Positions 10,238 through 20,546 of a DNA stretch of 64,000 nucleotides are shown piece by piece; within the stretch, counting starts at the first letter, position 1; every line of letters begins with the position of its first letter. This DNA comes from an uncultured Gammaproteobacteria bacterium. Lineage in GTDB: Bacteria > Pseudomonadota > Gammaproteobacteria > Chromatiales > Chromatiaceae. The notes under the pieces were generated by a model. It saw nothing but the letters and a program-made list of their open reading frames with translations, made no database searches and had not been told where the DNA came from. The DNA is taken from assembly GCA_963780725.1 (NCBI GenBank), contig CAWACV010000001.1:2632346-2696345 (forward strand). The letters are read 5' to 3'. The translations under genes and the position numbers were made by a program.

Positions 10238-11051
10238 CCCCGGCTGGGGCTTCCCGAGCCCGGCGACCCCCGAGGGCTCGTCCGTCTATTACAGCATCCG
10301 CTTCGCCGCGACCGAGCTGCGCGACGCGCTGGCAGCCATCTGCGGCTGGCGACACGAGCTTCGGACCATCCTCGAGCGCGTATCGGAGCCCGAGGTCGCA
10401 GCGGTCAAGCTCGCCTGGTGGCGCGACGAGTTGGGTCGGACCTTCGAAGGGCGACCGAGCCACCCTCTGGCGCGGTGCCTGGCGCCCGTCATCGAATGCC
10501 GGGGGCTTCCGCCCGGGCCCTTCGTCGACATCGCCCGAGCGGTCGAGCTGGAGCTTTCCGGCCGCTGGCCTCTGGACATGCCGGAGCTCATGACCAACGC
10601 CGAGCGCGACCTGGGCGCACTGTTCGAGCTGCTGGTGCGCGTTCAGGGCGATTTGGATCCGGAGCGGATCGCACGCGCGCGCCGGCTCGGTATCTATGGG
10701 TCGCTGGTCTACGGCATCCGCGACAGCGGATGGCTGATCCGCAGCGGCCGGTTGGGGTTCGTGCCCAGGGACCTGCTGGCCGGTCTGGGGATTGAGCCTA
10801 CTGATTTGACCCAATCCGCCGGACGGCAACGCCTGCCGGAGGCCCTGGCGCTGCTCGCGGGCAAGGCGCGCACGCTGCGCTGCTGTACCGACGACATCGC
10901 CGGACTCCCGGCCGTCGTGCGCATCCGGGCGATCCTGCTGGACCGGCTGCTCGACGAGCTGGAGTCCGCGCGATTCGACCTGGCGGACCGGCGCCTGGCA
11001 CTCACCCCGATCCGCAAGCTCTGGCACGCTTGGCGCGAATCCCGGCGCTGA
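10224..11051 (+). CDS. Squalene/phytoene synthase-fold protein (HpnD/NDUFAF6-like) with degenerate Asp-rich motifs
   Basis: [24 protein letters not shown] and [12 protein letters not shown] match the HpnD-like family; DDxxD is replaced by RTILE. Confidence 0.75.
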   Translation: MGGTDPGWGFPSPATPEGSSVYYSIRFAATELRDALAAICGWRHELRTILERVSEPEVAAVKLAWWRDELGRTFEGRPSHPLARCLAPVIECRGLPPGPFVDIARAVELELSGRWPLDMPELMTNAERDLGALFELLVRVQGDLDPERIARARRLGIYGSLVYGIRDSGWLIRSGRLGFVPRDLLAGLGIEPTDLTQSAGRQRLPEALALLAGKARTLRCCTDDIAGLPAVVRIRAILLDRLLDELESARFDLADRRLALTPIRKLWHAWRESRR

Positions 11052-11139
11052 CACCGCTCGTCCCTATTCGAATTCATTTGCGGTCGAATACGCTTTTAGC
11101 AAAGACCACCGCACCAGCCTTGAGAGAGACCCGAACACC

Positions 11140-11850
11140 ATGGAATCCGCACCGACCGCCAAGCCACTGAGCAACCGCATCGTCCTGATCACCGGGGCGG
11201 CCGAGGGCTTAGGCCGCTCGGTCGCCCAAGCCGCCGCCGCCGCAGGCGCCACGGTGATCTTGAGCGATCGAGACGAGCCCGGATTAGCGCCCGTCTACGA
11301 CGCCATCGAGTCCGCCGGTTGGCCAGAACCCGCCATACTCCCGCTGGACCCGGACCTGACAGACCCAGCTGCCTGCGCGGCTGCCGCCAACGCGGTCGGC
11401 GAGACCTTCAAGCGGCTCGACGCACTGGTCCACTGCGCCGCCTACTCCCCTTATTTGAGCCGCATCGACGACTATGACCCGGCCGACTGGGACCGGGTGC
11501 TGCGGATCAACCTCACCGCCCCCTTTCTGCTCACCCAGGCATGCCTGCCGCTGCTGCGCGCCTCCGGCGATGCCGCGGTGATCTTCACCTCCGACCGGGT
11601 CGGGCGCACCGGCAAGGCCTACTGGGGCGCCTACGCGGCGGCCAAATTCGGTATCGAGGGCCTCGCCCAAGTCCTGGCGGAAGAGACCGTCGGAGCAGGC
11701 CGGATCCGAGTCGCCTGCCTGGACCCGGGAATCCTACGCACCGGCATGCGCGCCAGACTCTATCCCGGCGAGGATATCGACACACTCCCCCACCCGGACA
11801 CAGCCACCGGCCCCTACCTGGAGCACCTAGCACGGCGCCCAGCCAAGTAG
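11140..11850 (+). CDS. SDR oxidoreductase, YciK-like
   Basis: ITGAAEGLG; catalytic YxxxK in AYWGAYAAAK; RTGMRARLYPGED. Confidence 0.85.
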   Translation: MESAPTAKPLSNRIVLITGAAEGLGRSVAQAAAAAGATVILSDRDEPGLAPVYDAIESAGWPEPAILPLDPDLTDPAACAAAANAVGETFKRLDALVHCAAYSPYLSRIDDYDPADWDRVLRINLTAPFLLTQACLPLLRASGDAAVIFTSDRVGRTGKAYWGAYAAAKFGIEGLAQVLAEETVGAGRIRVACLDPGILRTGMRARLYPGEDIDTLPHPDTATGPYLEHLARRPAK

Positions 11851-11928
11851 GCGACCGAGCCGCTTTATCCATAGGCGTCTGCGCGCGCACGCTTCCCGAT
11901 CGCCGAGCGCAGAGGCGCCGAAGAAGGC

Positions 11929-12579
11929 TCAGGTCGACTTGAACCCGATCGTCTTATGGCTCCCGTCGCAAAACGGCTTGTTCTTGGAGGCGCCACAGCG
12001 GCAGAGCGCGGTCTGGGCACCCTCCCAGGCGAGCCGCCCGCTGGCTGCACGGATAGAGAGGTTGCCATTCATCAGTAATGGGCCATCCGGGGCGGGCTTG
12101 ATGGTCAGGGGGCCGCCCTTGGCGGTCAGCCCTGGGCCGCGCTCGCCGACCGAGCCGTAGTCCTGGAATCCGACCTCAATGTGGGTGTTATCGCAAAAGG
12201 GTTTATTGCCGGACCGGCCGCAACGGCAGAGCGCCGCACGGAAACGCACCCCCGGCATATCCTCCGAGGCCCCTTCCAAGTGCAAGTCGCCGTGGGCATA
12301 GAGCGGTCCGTTGTAGGCGACGGTGACGGTGTTTTCCGGGGAGGCGGTCTCCGGGGTGCCGTCCTTGTCCCGGTAAGAGAGCGCCCCGCTCGGACAACGC
12401 TCGACGATCTCCCGTACCTCTGACTTAGCCGATGTGTCGGGGATGCACCATGGGTCGCGGCCACCGACGAAGAGGTCGCCCTGAGCGTTACCGCACTCGC
12501 CGATATGGATACAGAGACGGCCGTCCCACTGGACGTCGATCTCCTGACCCGGGTAGCCGAACACCTCTTTTTCGCTCAT
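11929..12579 (-). CDS. Iron-sulfur protein: divergent 4Fe-4S domain plus two CDGSH-type domains
   Basis: CIHIGEC...CPSGAL; LCRCGRSGNKPFCDNTH and LCRCGASKNKPFCDGSH. Confidence 0.85.
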   Translation of the reverse strand: MSEKEVFGYPGQEIDVQWDGRLCIHIGECGNAQGDLFVGGRDPWCIPDTSAKSEVREIVERCPSGALSYRDKDGTPETASPENTVTVAYNGPLYAHGDLHLEGASEDMPGVRFRAALCRCGRSGNKPFCDNTHIEVGFQDYGSVGERGPGLTAKGGPLTIKPAPDGPLLMNGNLSIRAASGRLAWEGAQTALCRCGASKNKPFCDGSHKTIGFKST

Positions 12580-12650
12580 CCGACGGCCCTCGTATGTTGG
12601 TTGAATCGACTGCCCGCGATCTTAGGCAGATGCACGCGTTCCAGCGCATT

Positions 12651-13349
12651 TCAAGGCAAATCGAAGACCAACACCTCCGCATGCTCCACCCCGTTGATCT
12701 TTAAGGCCGAATCGCCGATCAGACGCGCCCCGTCGCCCTCGCCCATGGCGATCCCGTTGACCTCGGCGCGCCCCCGGGCTAGGTGGACATAGCCCTCGCG
12801 GCCATCGGCCAAGACCAGCTCGACCGATTGGCCGGAGTCGAGAAGGGTGGCGTACATCAATCCATCCTGATATGTGGGGATGGAGCCGTCGCGCCCGTCC
12901 GGGGAAACCAGCAAAGCGAGACGCCCGGACCGCTCGTCCGCGCTGAAGTGCTCCTGGCGGTAGCCGGGACGCACTCCCTGGCGGTTGGGCACCAGCCAGA
13001 TTTGGAGCAGATGCACGGGCTCGGCATCGGAGGCGTTGTACTCGCTGTGTCGCACCCCCGTCCCGGCGCTCATATGCTGCACGTCGCCCGGGGCTATCGT
13101 CGAGCCGTTACCCATACTATCTTTGTGTGTTAGAGCGCCTTCCAGCACGTAGGTAACGATCTCCATGTCCTTGTGCCCGTGCGTGGGGAATCCTCCCCCC
13201 GGAGCGATGATGTCGTCGTTGATGACGCGCAGATTCGACACCCCCATGTGCCGCGGATCGTAATAATCCCCAAATGAAAAAGTGTGTCGGGTATCGAGCC
13301 AGTCGAAGCGGACATGGCCTCGCTCGACCGAGGGTCGCAGTTGGATCAT
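12651..13349 (-). CDS. Pirin family protein (YhhW-like)
   Basis: RHTFSFGDYYDP, GFPTHGHKDMEI, MSAGTGVRHSEYN and LLQIW. Confidence 0.92.
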   Translation of the reverse strand: MIQLRPSVERGHVRFDWLDTRHTFSFGDYYDPRHMGVSNLRVINDDIIAPGGGFPTHGHKDMEIVTYVLEGALTHKDSMGNGSTIAPGDVQHMSAGTGVRHSEYNASDAEPVHLLQIWLVPNRQGVRPGYRQEHFSADERSGRLALLVSPDGRDGSIPTYQDGLMYATLLDSGQSVELVLADGREGYVHLARGRAEVNGIAMGEGDGARLIGDSALKINGVEHAEVLVFDLP

Positions 13350-13882
13350 GGCAGTCTCCCGGTTGGTCGTCGGATGGCATTAACCTATCTGCTAACTTGG
13401 TTTTTGACCAGTGGAATCGACGGGAAAGATCTTTGAGCGCTACGCAAGGATTAGGGCACCACGGAAGTCGGAACCCGAGTAGCCAAGGCCGAGGCGCCAT
13501 GCGACGGCTCCGGTGCCCAACCGGAGCGTCGTCATCGAAGACGCCCAAACTAGGGCTCCCATTCCGCTCGGATGCGCTTACCGGACAGCGAGGATATTCC
13601 GTGTACGAAGACCCGCACAGGCACCGAATTTCACCCGATGAACGGCAGATTTTCTCCGACTACCGAGAGAACCGTCTCACGCGCTGCACTTGCGGGAATG
13701 TTAGGCTTTGGGCGTCTACGCCTGAGCTCTCAGACTCGGGTTTGCTTTGTCGAAATGCGGCGATGCACGCCGGTTGACCGGGAGTTGGATCGCCCGAAGC
13801 CGCAGAAGAAGACCCCGCCTTAGAGCGGCTAGGCGACATCCGCTGGGACGCCAGTCCACTGTCCACCGAGGGATCGATCTAA

Positions 13883-16231
13883 GTGACGCCAATGCCGAGC
13901 ACCGAATCGAACATCGTACCCCTTCGTTCGCGCGCTTGGTCCGCAACCGATGCCGAGCGACATATCGCAGCTCCCTGGTCGGCGCGCCGCGGACCAAGCG
14001 CAGCCCTTGAGCTCGCGGGGGGACTCGCCCGTCTAGCCTGGACATCGCCGGACGACGGACGCGACGCGGATCACCTGCGCGAAGAGCTTGCTCGATTCCG
14101 CGATCTTTTCGAGCGCTTGCCGGTGGCGCTTCTGGTGACGGACCTTGGCGGCACGGTGCTGCGCGCCAATGCCACGGCGGTCGCGATTCTGCAACAGGAC
14201 TCTCGTAGCCTTGTGGGAGCCGCACTATCGGACCACATCGCGCCGGAAAGCCAGGCACCGCTCGCCGAGCATCTCAGGCTTCTAAGAACAGGCACCAGCC
14301 TCAATTATTGCGAGATCGAGCTTATCGGCAGCGCCGGGGATACGCGCCCGATTTGCCTCGCAACGCTGAATGTCGGCGAAACGACCGACGGCCCGCTACG
14401 CTCCGCACTGCTCGACATCAGCGGTCTTCGCGCCATGGAGGCCGGTCTTGCGCTCGCCGCCAGCGTCGTGGAGCACACATCCGATGGGGTGATGGTCACA
14501 GATGCGGATCATCGAATTATCGCCGTCAACCCTGCATTTACTGCAATCACTGGCTACTCTGCCCATGAGATGCTCGGGCAAGTGCCCACCGTTTTTCAGA
14601 CTGGCTCCAACAATAGCGGTTTAGAACAGGAGGTAACGAGCGCACTACACGAGCGGGGCTACTGGAGAGGGGAGATCCGCAGCCGCCGCAAGGGCGGCGA
14701 GTCGTATCCGGAATGGGTCAGCGTCAGCGAAATCCGCGACGATAATGGGCTCCCGGCGCACTATGTCTGTATATTTTCGGATATGACCTCGCAGGAGGAG
14801 GCGAAAGCCCAGCTCTTCCGACTCGCTTATTTCGACACCCTCACGGCCCTCCCAAACCGCATCAGTCTGCTTGAGCAGCTTAGCCTTGCGTTAACCGCCG
14901 CAAGACGAAACAAACACCTTCTCGGGGTGTTTTATCTCGACCTCGATCGTTTCAAAGAGGTGAACGATACACTCGGTCACGCGGTGGGAGACCAACTGTT
15001 GCGATTTATTGCGCAAGAGCTTAAGCAATTGGTCCGCCAAACGGATACGGTTGCGCGCTTGGGCGGAGACGAGTTCACTATCCTGGCTCCGGATCTGAAA
15101 CGCGATCAGGCTGCCGCACAGATCGCGACCAAAATCGTTCGCCACTTCGAGCAAACCCCCTTTTGCGTCGACGGACGAGAAATCTACATACGCGTCAGTA
15201 TCGGCATCTCCCTGTTCCCAAAGGACGCAGAAGACTCGGAGGGTCTACTGGAGTGTGCGGACGCTGCCATGTACGCAGCCAAGGCGGCCGGTCGTAGCGG
15301 CTTTCGTTTCCACTCGGCAGCGATCGGCGCCAGCTACCGAAAGGAAAACGCATTGGAATCCGAGCTGCACCATGCGCTCAGCCGCAACGAGCTGAGTCTG
15401 CTTTTTCAGCCCCAATTGTGCCTGCGCAGCTTCCGCATCGTTGGCTGCGAGGTGTCGATTGGCTGGGACCGTACGGGCAATGGCATTGTCGAGTCGGATG
15501 CCTTGCTCCCATTAGCGCGCAAGACCGAGCTCTTCGTCCCCTGCGAGCATTGGGCGATGCGCTCGCTCACTGAACAGATTGGCAAATGGCCGAGCCATAT
15601 TCTGAGCGATCTGCGGTTTTCGATCGACATCTCGCCGATGCAATTGCACCCAACTCACATGGAGTCGCTACTGCACCGTCTCGAGGCCCTTGGCGGAAAG
15701 ATTGGCCACAGACTCGAGTTGGAGATCCGAGAGTCCGACCTCATGGACTGCCCCACTCAGACACTGAATATGCTCACCCGTATCGGCGACTTCGGGACAC
15801 GGCTCGCCTTGGACCATTGGGGGGTCGGCCCCACCTCGCTTCGGCAGTTGAAGCAGTTACCACTGGGTCGTGTAAAGCTCGATCCGAGCATCGTTTGCGA
15901 CATCGAAACGGATCGCGAGTCCGCAAAGCTTCTTGCAGCGATTATCGCCGTCGCACATACCCTTAAGTTGGTTGTTCTTGCCGAAGGCGTAGAGACTGCG
16001 GGCCAACTGAAGATTCTCAGAGACCACGGGTGCGACGAGGCACAAGGCGCCTTGTTCAGCCCACCCCTCTCTGCGGACATGCTGTTGGCCACATTAGAGC
16101 AATCTTCCGAGAAACCGCTCGCGGGAAACGGCAGACCTGATATCCGCGCATTTCCAGGACAATCGAATGGTTTTTTCGCGAAGTTGGCGCGCGCATGCTT
16201 ACGTCGCGATGCCCACCGGTCGCTCCGCTAA
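13883..16231 (+). CDS. PAS-PAS-GGDEF-EAL protein (intact diguanylate cyclase motifs, degenerate EAL)
   Basis: Two PAS domains (VNPAFTAITGYS); DLDRFKEVNDTLGH, RQTD I-site and GGDEF; EAL reads EVS and DDFG reads DHWG. Start codon uncertain. Confidence 0.9.
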   Translation: MTPMPSTESNIVPLRSRAWSATDAERHIAAPWSARRGPSAALELAGGLARLAWTSPDDGRDADHLREELARFRDLFERLPVALLVTDLGGTVLRANATAVAILQQDSRSLVGAALSDHIAPESQAPLAEHLRLLRTGTSLNYCEIELIGSAGDTRPICLATLNVGETTDGPLRSALLDISGLRAMEAGLALAASVVEHTSDGVMVTDADHRIIAVNPAFTAITGYSAHEMLGQVPTVFQTGSNNSGLEQEVTSALHERGYWRGEIRSRRKGGESYPEWVSVSEIRDDNGLPAHYVCIFSDMTSQEEAKAQLFRLAYFDTLTALPNRISLLEQLSLALTAARRNKHLLGVFYLDLDRFKEVNDTLGHAVGDQLLRFIAQELKQLVRQTDTVARLGGDEFTILAPDLKRDQAAAQIATKIVRHFEQTPFCVDGREIYIRVSIGISLFPKDAEDSEGLLECADAAMYAAKAAGRSGFRFHSAAIGASYRKENALESELHHALSRNELSLLFQPQLCLRSFRIVGCEVSIGWDRTGNGIVESDALLPLARKTELFVPCEHWAMRSLTEQIGKWPSHILSDLRFSIDISPMQLHPTHMESLLHRLEALGGKIGHRLELEIRESDLMDCPTQTLNMLTRIGDFGTRLALDHWGVGPTSLRQLKQLPLGRVKLDPSIVCDIETDRESAKLLAAIIAVAHTLKLVVLAEGVETAGQLKILRDHGCDEAQGALFSPPLSADMLLATLEQSSEKPLAGNGRPDIRAFPGQSNGFFAKLARACLRRDAHRSLR

Positions 16232-16847
16232 AGGGCCCTAAGATGGCCCTTATGAAACCGAGCCAAGGTCAAGCACAAAATGTCAACCGCCCGCCGCGGG
16301 CATCCGAAATCAGCCGACAGCAAGGCGACCTGGACCGCTAAGCGGTATTGTGTTGCATCGAAGATTGCTTGCGATTACTATCGTGGGCGGTTTTTTGCAG
16401 ACTTAGGGGCCGCGTTTAGGTGCTCCAGCAATCCAGAGCCCGCGGTCCGCAAACACAGGTCCGCCGCAGTCGCTACGGAATATCGTCTCCCCCTGAAAAC
16501 GGACTCTGGTCTTATACCCGAGCACGGAATGCTTGCCCACCTGAGATTTAGGTTGAAAACCCTGGTGTAACCAGCTGAAACCTGTTGTACCATCGATCCT
16601 GTGAGCGACCGTATCCTCCCGGGCGAACAGCGAGCAGGGCCGCACGCGGCGCACACCGAGCAGCGTAATGCAGACCGCATCGAGGCTGCGGTCCTCCTGG
16701 CGAGCCGCTAGAGGCAGCATATGGTGCAAGACCGACTAATCGACGGTGCCCAAATCGGCAAAAACGCGATCGGCTTCAGTGCGGACCCCAGTATCGGTAA
16801 GCCGCCAACCGCAATGTCTTGTTGCGTGCCGTTGCTAATCAACCTTT

Positions 16848-17705
16848 TTGAATGCGGAGCCCACGATGATTCCTGGTCAAGCACATTTGGCCGCGCTTGC
16901 CCGCGCCTACCCGCAACGCGAGGTGAGTCGGTTTCTTTGTATCTTCGCGGACACCGAAGAAGCGAGGCAGCACCACTATGCATTGAGATATAAGGTTTTC
17001 TGCGAGGAAACCGGATTCGAGAATCCAGACGCATTTCCCGACCGAATCGAGCGGGATCGCTACGACGCTCACGCACGCCACTTCCTCGTTTGGGACCGTC
17101 ACGAGCACCAATGGGCTGGAGCCATGCGCCTCGTAGAAGCATCTTCGACCCGACTGCCTTCCGAAGAAATCGTGGGGGCTCCCTTACTGGGACTCGATGA
17201 GCGCCGACACCGCTCCGTAGAGTTTTCCCGGCTGTGCATTCTCAGTCAATACCGCCGAACGAACCAGTCGACCTTCTATGGACTCTACCGAACCGAGGGT
17301 CAGTATCCCCGCACAGCGTGTTCTGTTCTATACAGGCAGGAAGACAACGAGGTCCTTTTGCAATTACTCGGCGCGAGCTTTGGATGGCGACCGGAAATCG
17401 AGCACTGCTACTTTATAGTCACACCTGCTCTGGCGCGAGTGCTGAGCCGTTTCGGAATTCCTCTGAGGCAGGTGGGCGGACAAGTCGAGCATCGCGGAAC
17501 GCGCATCCCCTTCCAATACGATGTTCGGGAAGCCGAGCAAGGTATGCGCGAAACCCTTGCCGGTTTCGCATCGATGACAGAGGGATCGCGCCCCTTCGAA
17601 AAATATTCCGACTTTATCGATGGCAATCTCGATGACGAGATAGCGATTCGCGCCGTCGACTCCGATTGCTTTACGTCGGGGCAGCGCGTCGCCCACGTCC
17701 AATAG
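16848..17705 (+). CDS. PEP-CTERM/exosortase-associated acyltransferase (FeeM/N-acyl amino acid synthase-like GNAT), copy 1
   Basis: LRYKVFCEETGFE, ERDRYDAHARHFL, VEFSRLCI and VEHRGTRIPF. Start may be ATG 16866. Confidence 0.8.
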   Translation: MNAEPTMIPGQAHLAALARAYPQREVSRFLCIFADTEEARQHHYALRYKVFCEETGFENPDAFPDRIERDRYDAHARHFLVWDRHEHQWAGAMRLVEASSTRLPSEEIVGAPLLGLDERRHRSVEFSRLCILSQYRRTNQSTFYGLYRTEGQYPRTACSVLYRQEDNEVLLQLLGASFGWRPEIEHCYFIVTPALARVLSRFGIPLRQVGGQVEHRGTRIPFQYDVREAEQGMRETLAGFASMTEGSRPFEKYSDFIDGNLDDEIAIRAVDSDCFTSGQRVAHVQ

Positions 17706-18069
17706 TTGCCTAGCGCCGGGTTTTTCCGGCCGAGGGGTTGCCAGCGTGCACCGCCGTTCGCACTTGGCACCCCCTCTACTCCTGACTCCTTCCCACATCC
17801 GCCCGAGCTCACTCAAGTCTAATCGCGGGATCAGACGTTGGCGCGAGCGACAGGTGCCCCTGTATAGCTGCCTCGACCAGACAGTAGTCGTCGAGACGCA
17901 CGCGCCCAACATTTCGCTTTTCACGTTCGCCAGGCAGCCGAATTCTGGAAGCGGAAGTGCCACATCTTTGGGGATCATCGATCTATGTGACAAGCTTATC
18001 GGAACTGTTGTGCTACGTCGTCCATGCTTGGTCGTACGTCTTCGTTGCAACGTCCGAAGGGATCGATCC

Positions 18070-18453
18070 ATGGAGAAAAAAGCCTGCTCGAATTGCCGCT
18101 ACAGCAACAATCCTGTAGGCTACTCAAGCGCTGACGTGCCGAGCGAAAGCGACTGCCGCTGCCCCATACCGGGATTCCCGTGGCACATCTACCACCGGTA
18201 CCGGAGCCACGAAACCGTGATGCCCACCCTTTGCGGACACTATCAGCCAGTCAGTGCCGGAAGATGCGGCGAATGCGGCAAAGAACTTGGCCCGCAACAC
18301 TTGGTGAAATATTGGGCATGCGGGGTGTTTTCGGTGATCCCATGCTGCTCTACAGACTGCTTGGCGGCACAGCAGGGGCAGTTAGATGCGGAGCGCGACG
18401 CCCTACCTCCCGTCCAAGCCTCAACCGATCCGCAGCTACGGGCTTGTCACTAA
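18070..18453 (+). CDS. Small Cys-rich putative metal-binding protein (127 aa, TRASH/zinc-finger-like)
   Basis: ATG at 18070 with AAGGG upstream; 11 Cys including CSNC, CRC, CGEC and CCSTDC. Confidence 0.55.
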   Translation: MEKKACSNCRYSNNPVGYSSADVPSESDCRCPIPGFPWHIYHRYRSHETVMPTLCGHYQPVSAGRCGECGKELGPQHLVKYWACGVFSVIPCCSTDCLAAQQGQLDAERDALPPVQASTDPQLRACH

Positions 18454-19655
18454 CTGTCCCGCCCTAGATGTTGCGTCCCGGATGATTATTTCCCCCTGCG
18501 GATTTAAGGTGGCCCCATGACCAGGACAATTTCTCCCTTAATTTAGGCTGTGTTGGTGACATCGATTCCAGCACCTTGGCGCTGCCCCGGTCAGGGCCAC
18601 TGCCGACTCACCGCAAACGGTGGCGACCCCGCCTCCACGCAGGCCCGATCCATTCCCGCCGCAACCTCAACAGGCCCAACCCGGACTTTCTCTTGAGCCA
18701 ATCCAACTCGACGCGATTTAGCCGCGGCAGGAGTCGGAACATCGGATCACCGCAACGCATTGGGACTGCGCCTGTCCGACCACCCGGATCTTGAGCCGCC
18801 CGGACAGCCGCCAGCTTTTTACGTGTCCCGTGCATTACCGGAGCGGTTCCCTCGTGCTTAGCAGTCCCGCCAAGCAGCACCACGGGCCAAGATCAACCGA
18901 GTGCTGGACGACCTGCAAGGCATTTCGGCATCGCAAGAATTCCGGATGCCGAATCTCTGCCCGAGCTCTGGCGATTGGGAAACACACAACCGAAGGCACC
19001 GCGCTAGGCTATGCTTGTTCTCGCATAATCTTGACCGAAGCCAACGCAAGAATCTTTCGACGACTGGGGGGCTGAAGCGCACGAACCACTCGGAGCCTTG
19101 ATCCGAGCTCTGGTCACCCTTGACTAACGCTTGGACAAGTTTCGTACGCGGACCCTGGCCCCCGGTCCCCGCCGGAGGGAGGAACGACGATGGACGCCCG
19201 CGGCGCGGATTGGCAGGTGGTGGCGGATACAATAACCGATCCCCCACTCGGGTGTCTAAAAAGCTGTTGACAAAGCGTCTTTTCTCCATCGCTCTTTGTC
19301 TTTGTCGCGGGTTATCGACCAAGCTAAAGCACAGAGCAACCGCAACCTTGCGACAAAGTGATGCATATATCGGATTCTTACGGCCATCTAGCGTTGGCAC
19401 CCTCCGCACTCGCCTTTCCGATGCTGCCAATCCATGGCTACTCGGATTATCGGGTATTGATGACCCTATCCTTACTTGGGGTCTATTCAGACGCAGACTC
19501 CACCGACACCTATGAGCTTCGCATCTTCAGGCTTCACGACTCTTCAACAGCTCATACACCACTCCCGTGCCGCCCCCGGCTTCGCCAACAATCCACCACA
19601 TGGACATCGCCGGCGGTTGTGGTATTGGGGCAGCGATATGTGAAGGTTCCCATAT

Positions 19656-20531
19656 ATGCCGTCTTTTGACTATTCCGTAGCCTTCTCCAGAAACATCGGT
19701 TGGATTACCGAAAACGAAGCATCCGTCCTACGGACCAAGCGCGTTGCAATCGCTGGCCTTGGCGGTGTCGGAGGTAGCCATCTCCTAACGCTGACTCGGT
19801 TCGGAGTCGGGGCATTCAATCTCGCGGAATTCGATGTCTTCGATTTGGCTAATTTTAATCGCCAAGCAGGGGCCACGTTACACAGCATCGGCAAACCTAA
19901 ACTGGATGTGATGGCAGAGATCGCCCTCGACATTAACCCCGAGCTTGACATACGAAAATTTTCTGCAGGTATCGATCCCGCCAATATCGATCGGTTTCTC
20001 GCCGATGTCGATCTCTATGTCGATAGTCTCGATTTTTTCGCTGTGCGTATCCGCCGATTAGTATTCGCACGATGTGCCGCATTGGCCATACCCGCAATCA
20101 CGGCCGCACCCCTGGGCATGGGGGTCTCATTCTTAGCATTCCTTCCTGGCAGGATGACGTTCGAAGAGTACTTTCGACTGGAAGGATACGACGAGGAGGA
20201 ACAGCTGCTGCGATTCTTGATAGGATTATCCCCACGGATGCTCCAGACCCGCTATCTCGTAGATCGGACGCGGCTCGACCTCAATGCCCGCAAGGGACCG
20301 TCAACGCCGGTGGGCGTGGATCTCTGTGCGGGCGTCGCCGGGGCAAACGCGGTCAAGATCCTGTTGGCACGCGGCCAAGTGGACAGCGCACCCACTGCTC
20401 TGCACTTCGACGCTTACCGCAATCGCTTCGTCAAGACCTGGCGACCGGGCGGAAACGCAAGTTTCCTCCATCGCTGGCTACTCCGATCAGCCCGGCGCAA
20501 GATGGGCATCCATGCCAATCCTTCGCATTAA
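19656..20531 (+). CDS. ThiF family adenylyltransferase (E1-like)
   Basis: AFSRNIGW, AGLGGVGG, FDLANFNRQ and GKPK; no Zn-binding CxxC pairs. Confidence 0.9.
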   Translation: MPSFDYSVAFSRNIGWITENEASVLRTKRVAIAGLGGVGGSHLLTLTRFGVGAFNLAEFDVFDLANFNRQAGATLHSIGKPKLDVMAEIALDINPELDIRKFSAGIDPANIDRFLADVDLYVDSLDFFAVRIRRLVFARCAALAIPAITAAPLGMGVSFLAFLPGRMTFEEYFRLEGYDEEEQLLRFLIGLSPRMLQTRYLVDRTRLDLNARKGPSTPVGVDLCAGVAGANAVKILLARGQVDSAPTALHFDAYRNRFVKTWRPGGNASFLHRWLLRSARRKMGIHANPSH

Positions 20532-20546
20532 TCGAGGTGCGAGAAA

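Noticed and set aside
13539-13717. Possible MITE bounded by AGACGCCCAAA / TTTGGGCGTCT
   Set aside because: Only an 11-bp inverted repeat, no TSD and no second copy in the window.
19394-19410. Sigma-54 promoters at TGGCAC sites before thiF (~19395) and before nifZ (~39994)
   Set aside because: No TTGC/GC at the required -12 spacing.
19656-20531. ThiF as MoeB/ThiF cofactor enzyme or as the E1 of a ubiquitin-like defence system
   Set aside because: No Zn CxxC motifs, and no ThiS/MoaD, E2 conjugating enzyme, JAB or cyclase partner nearby.
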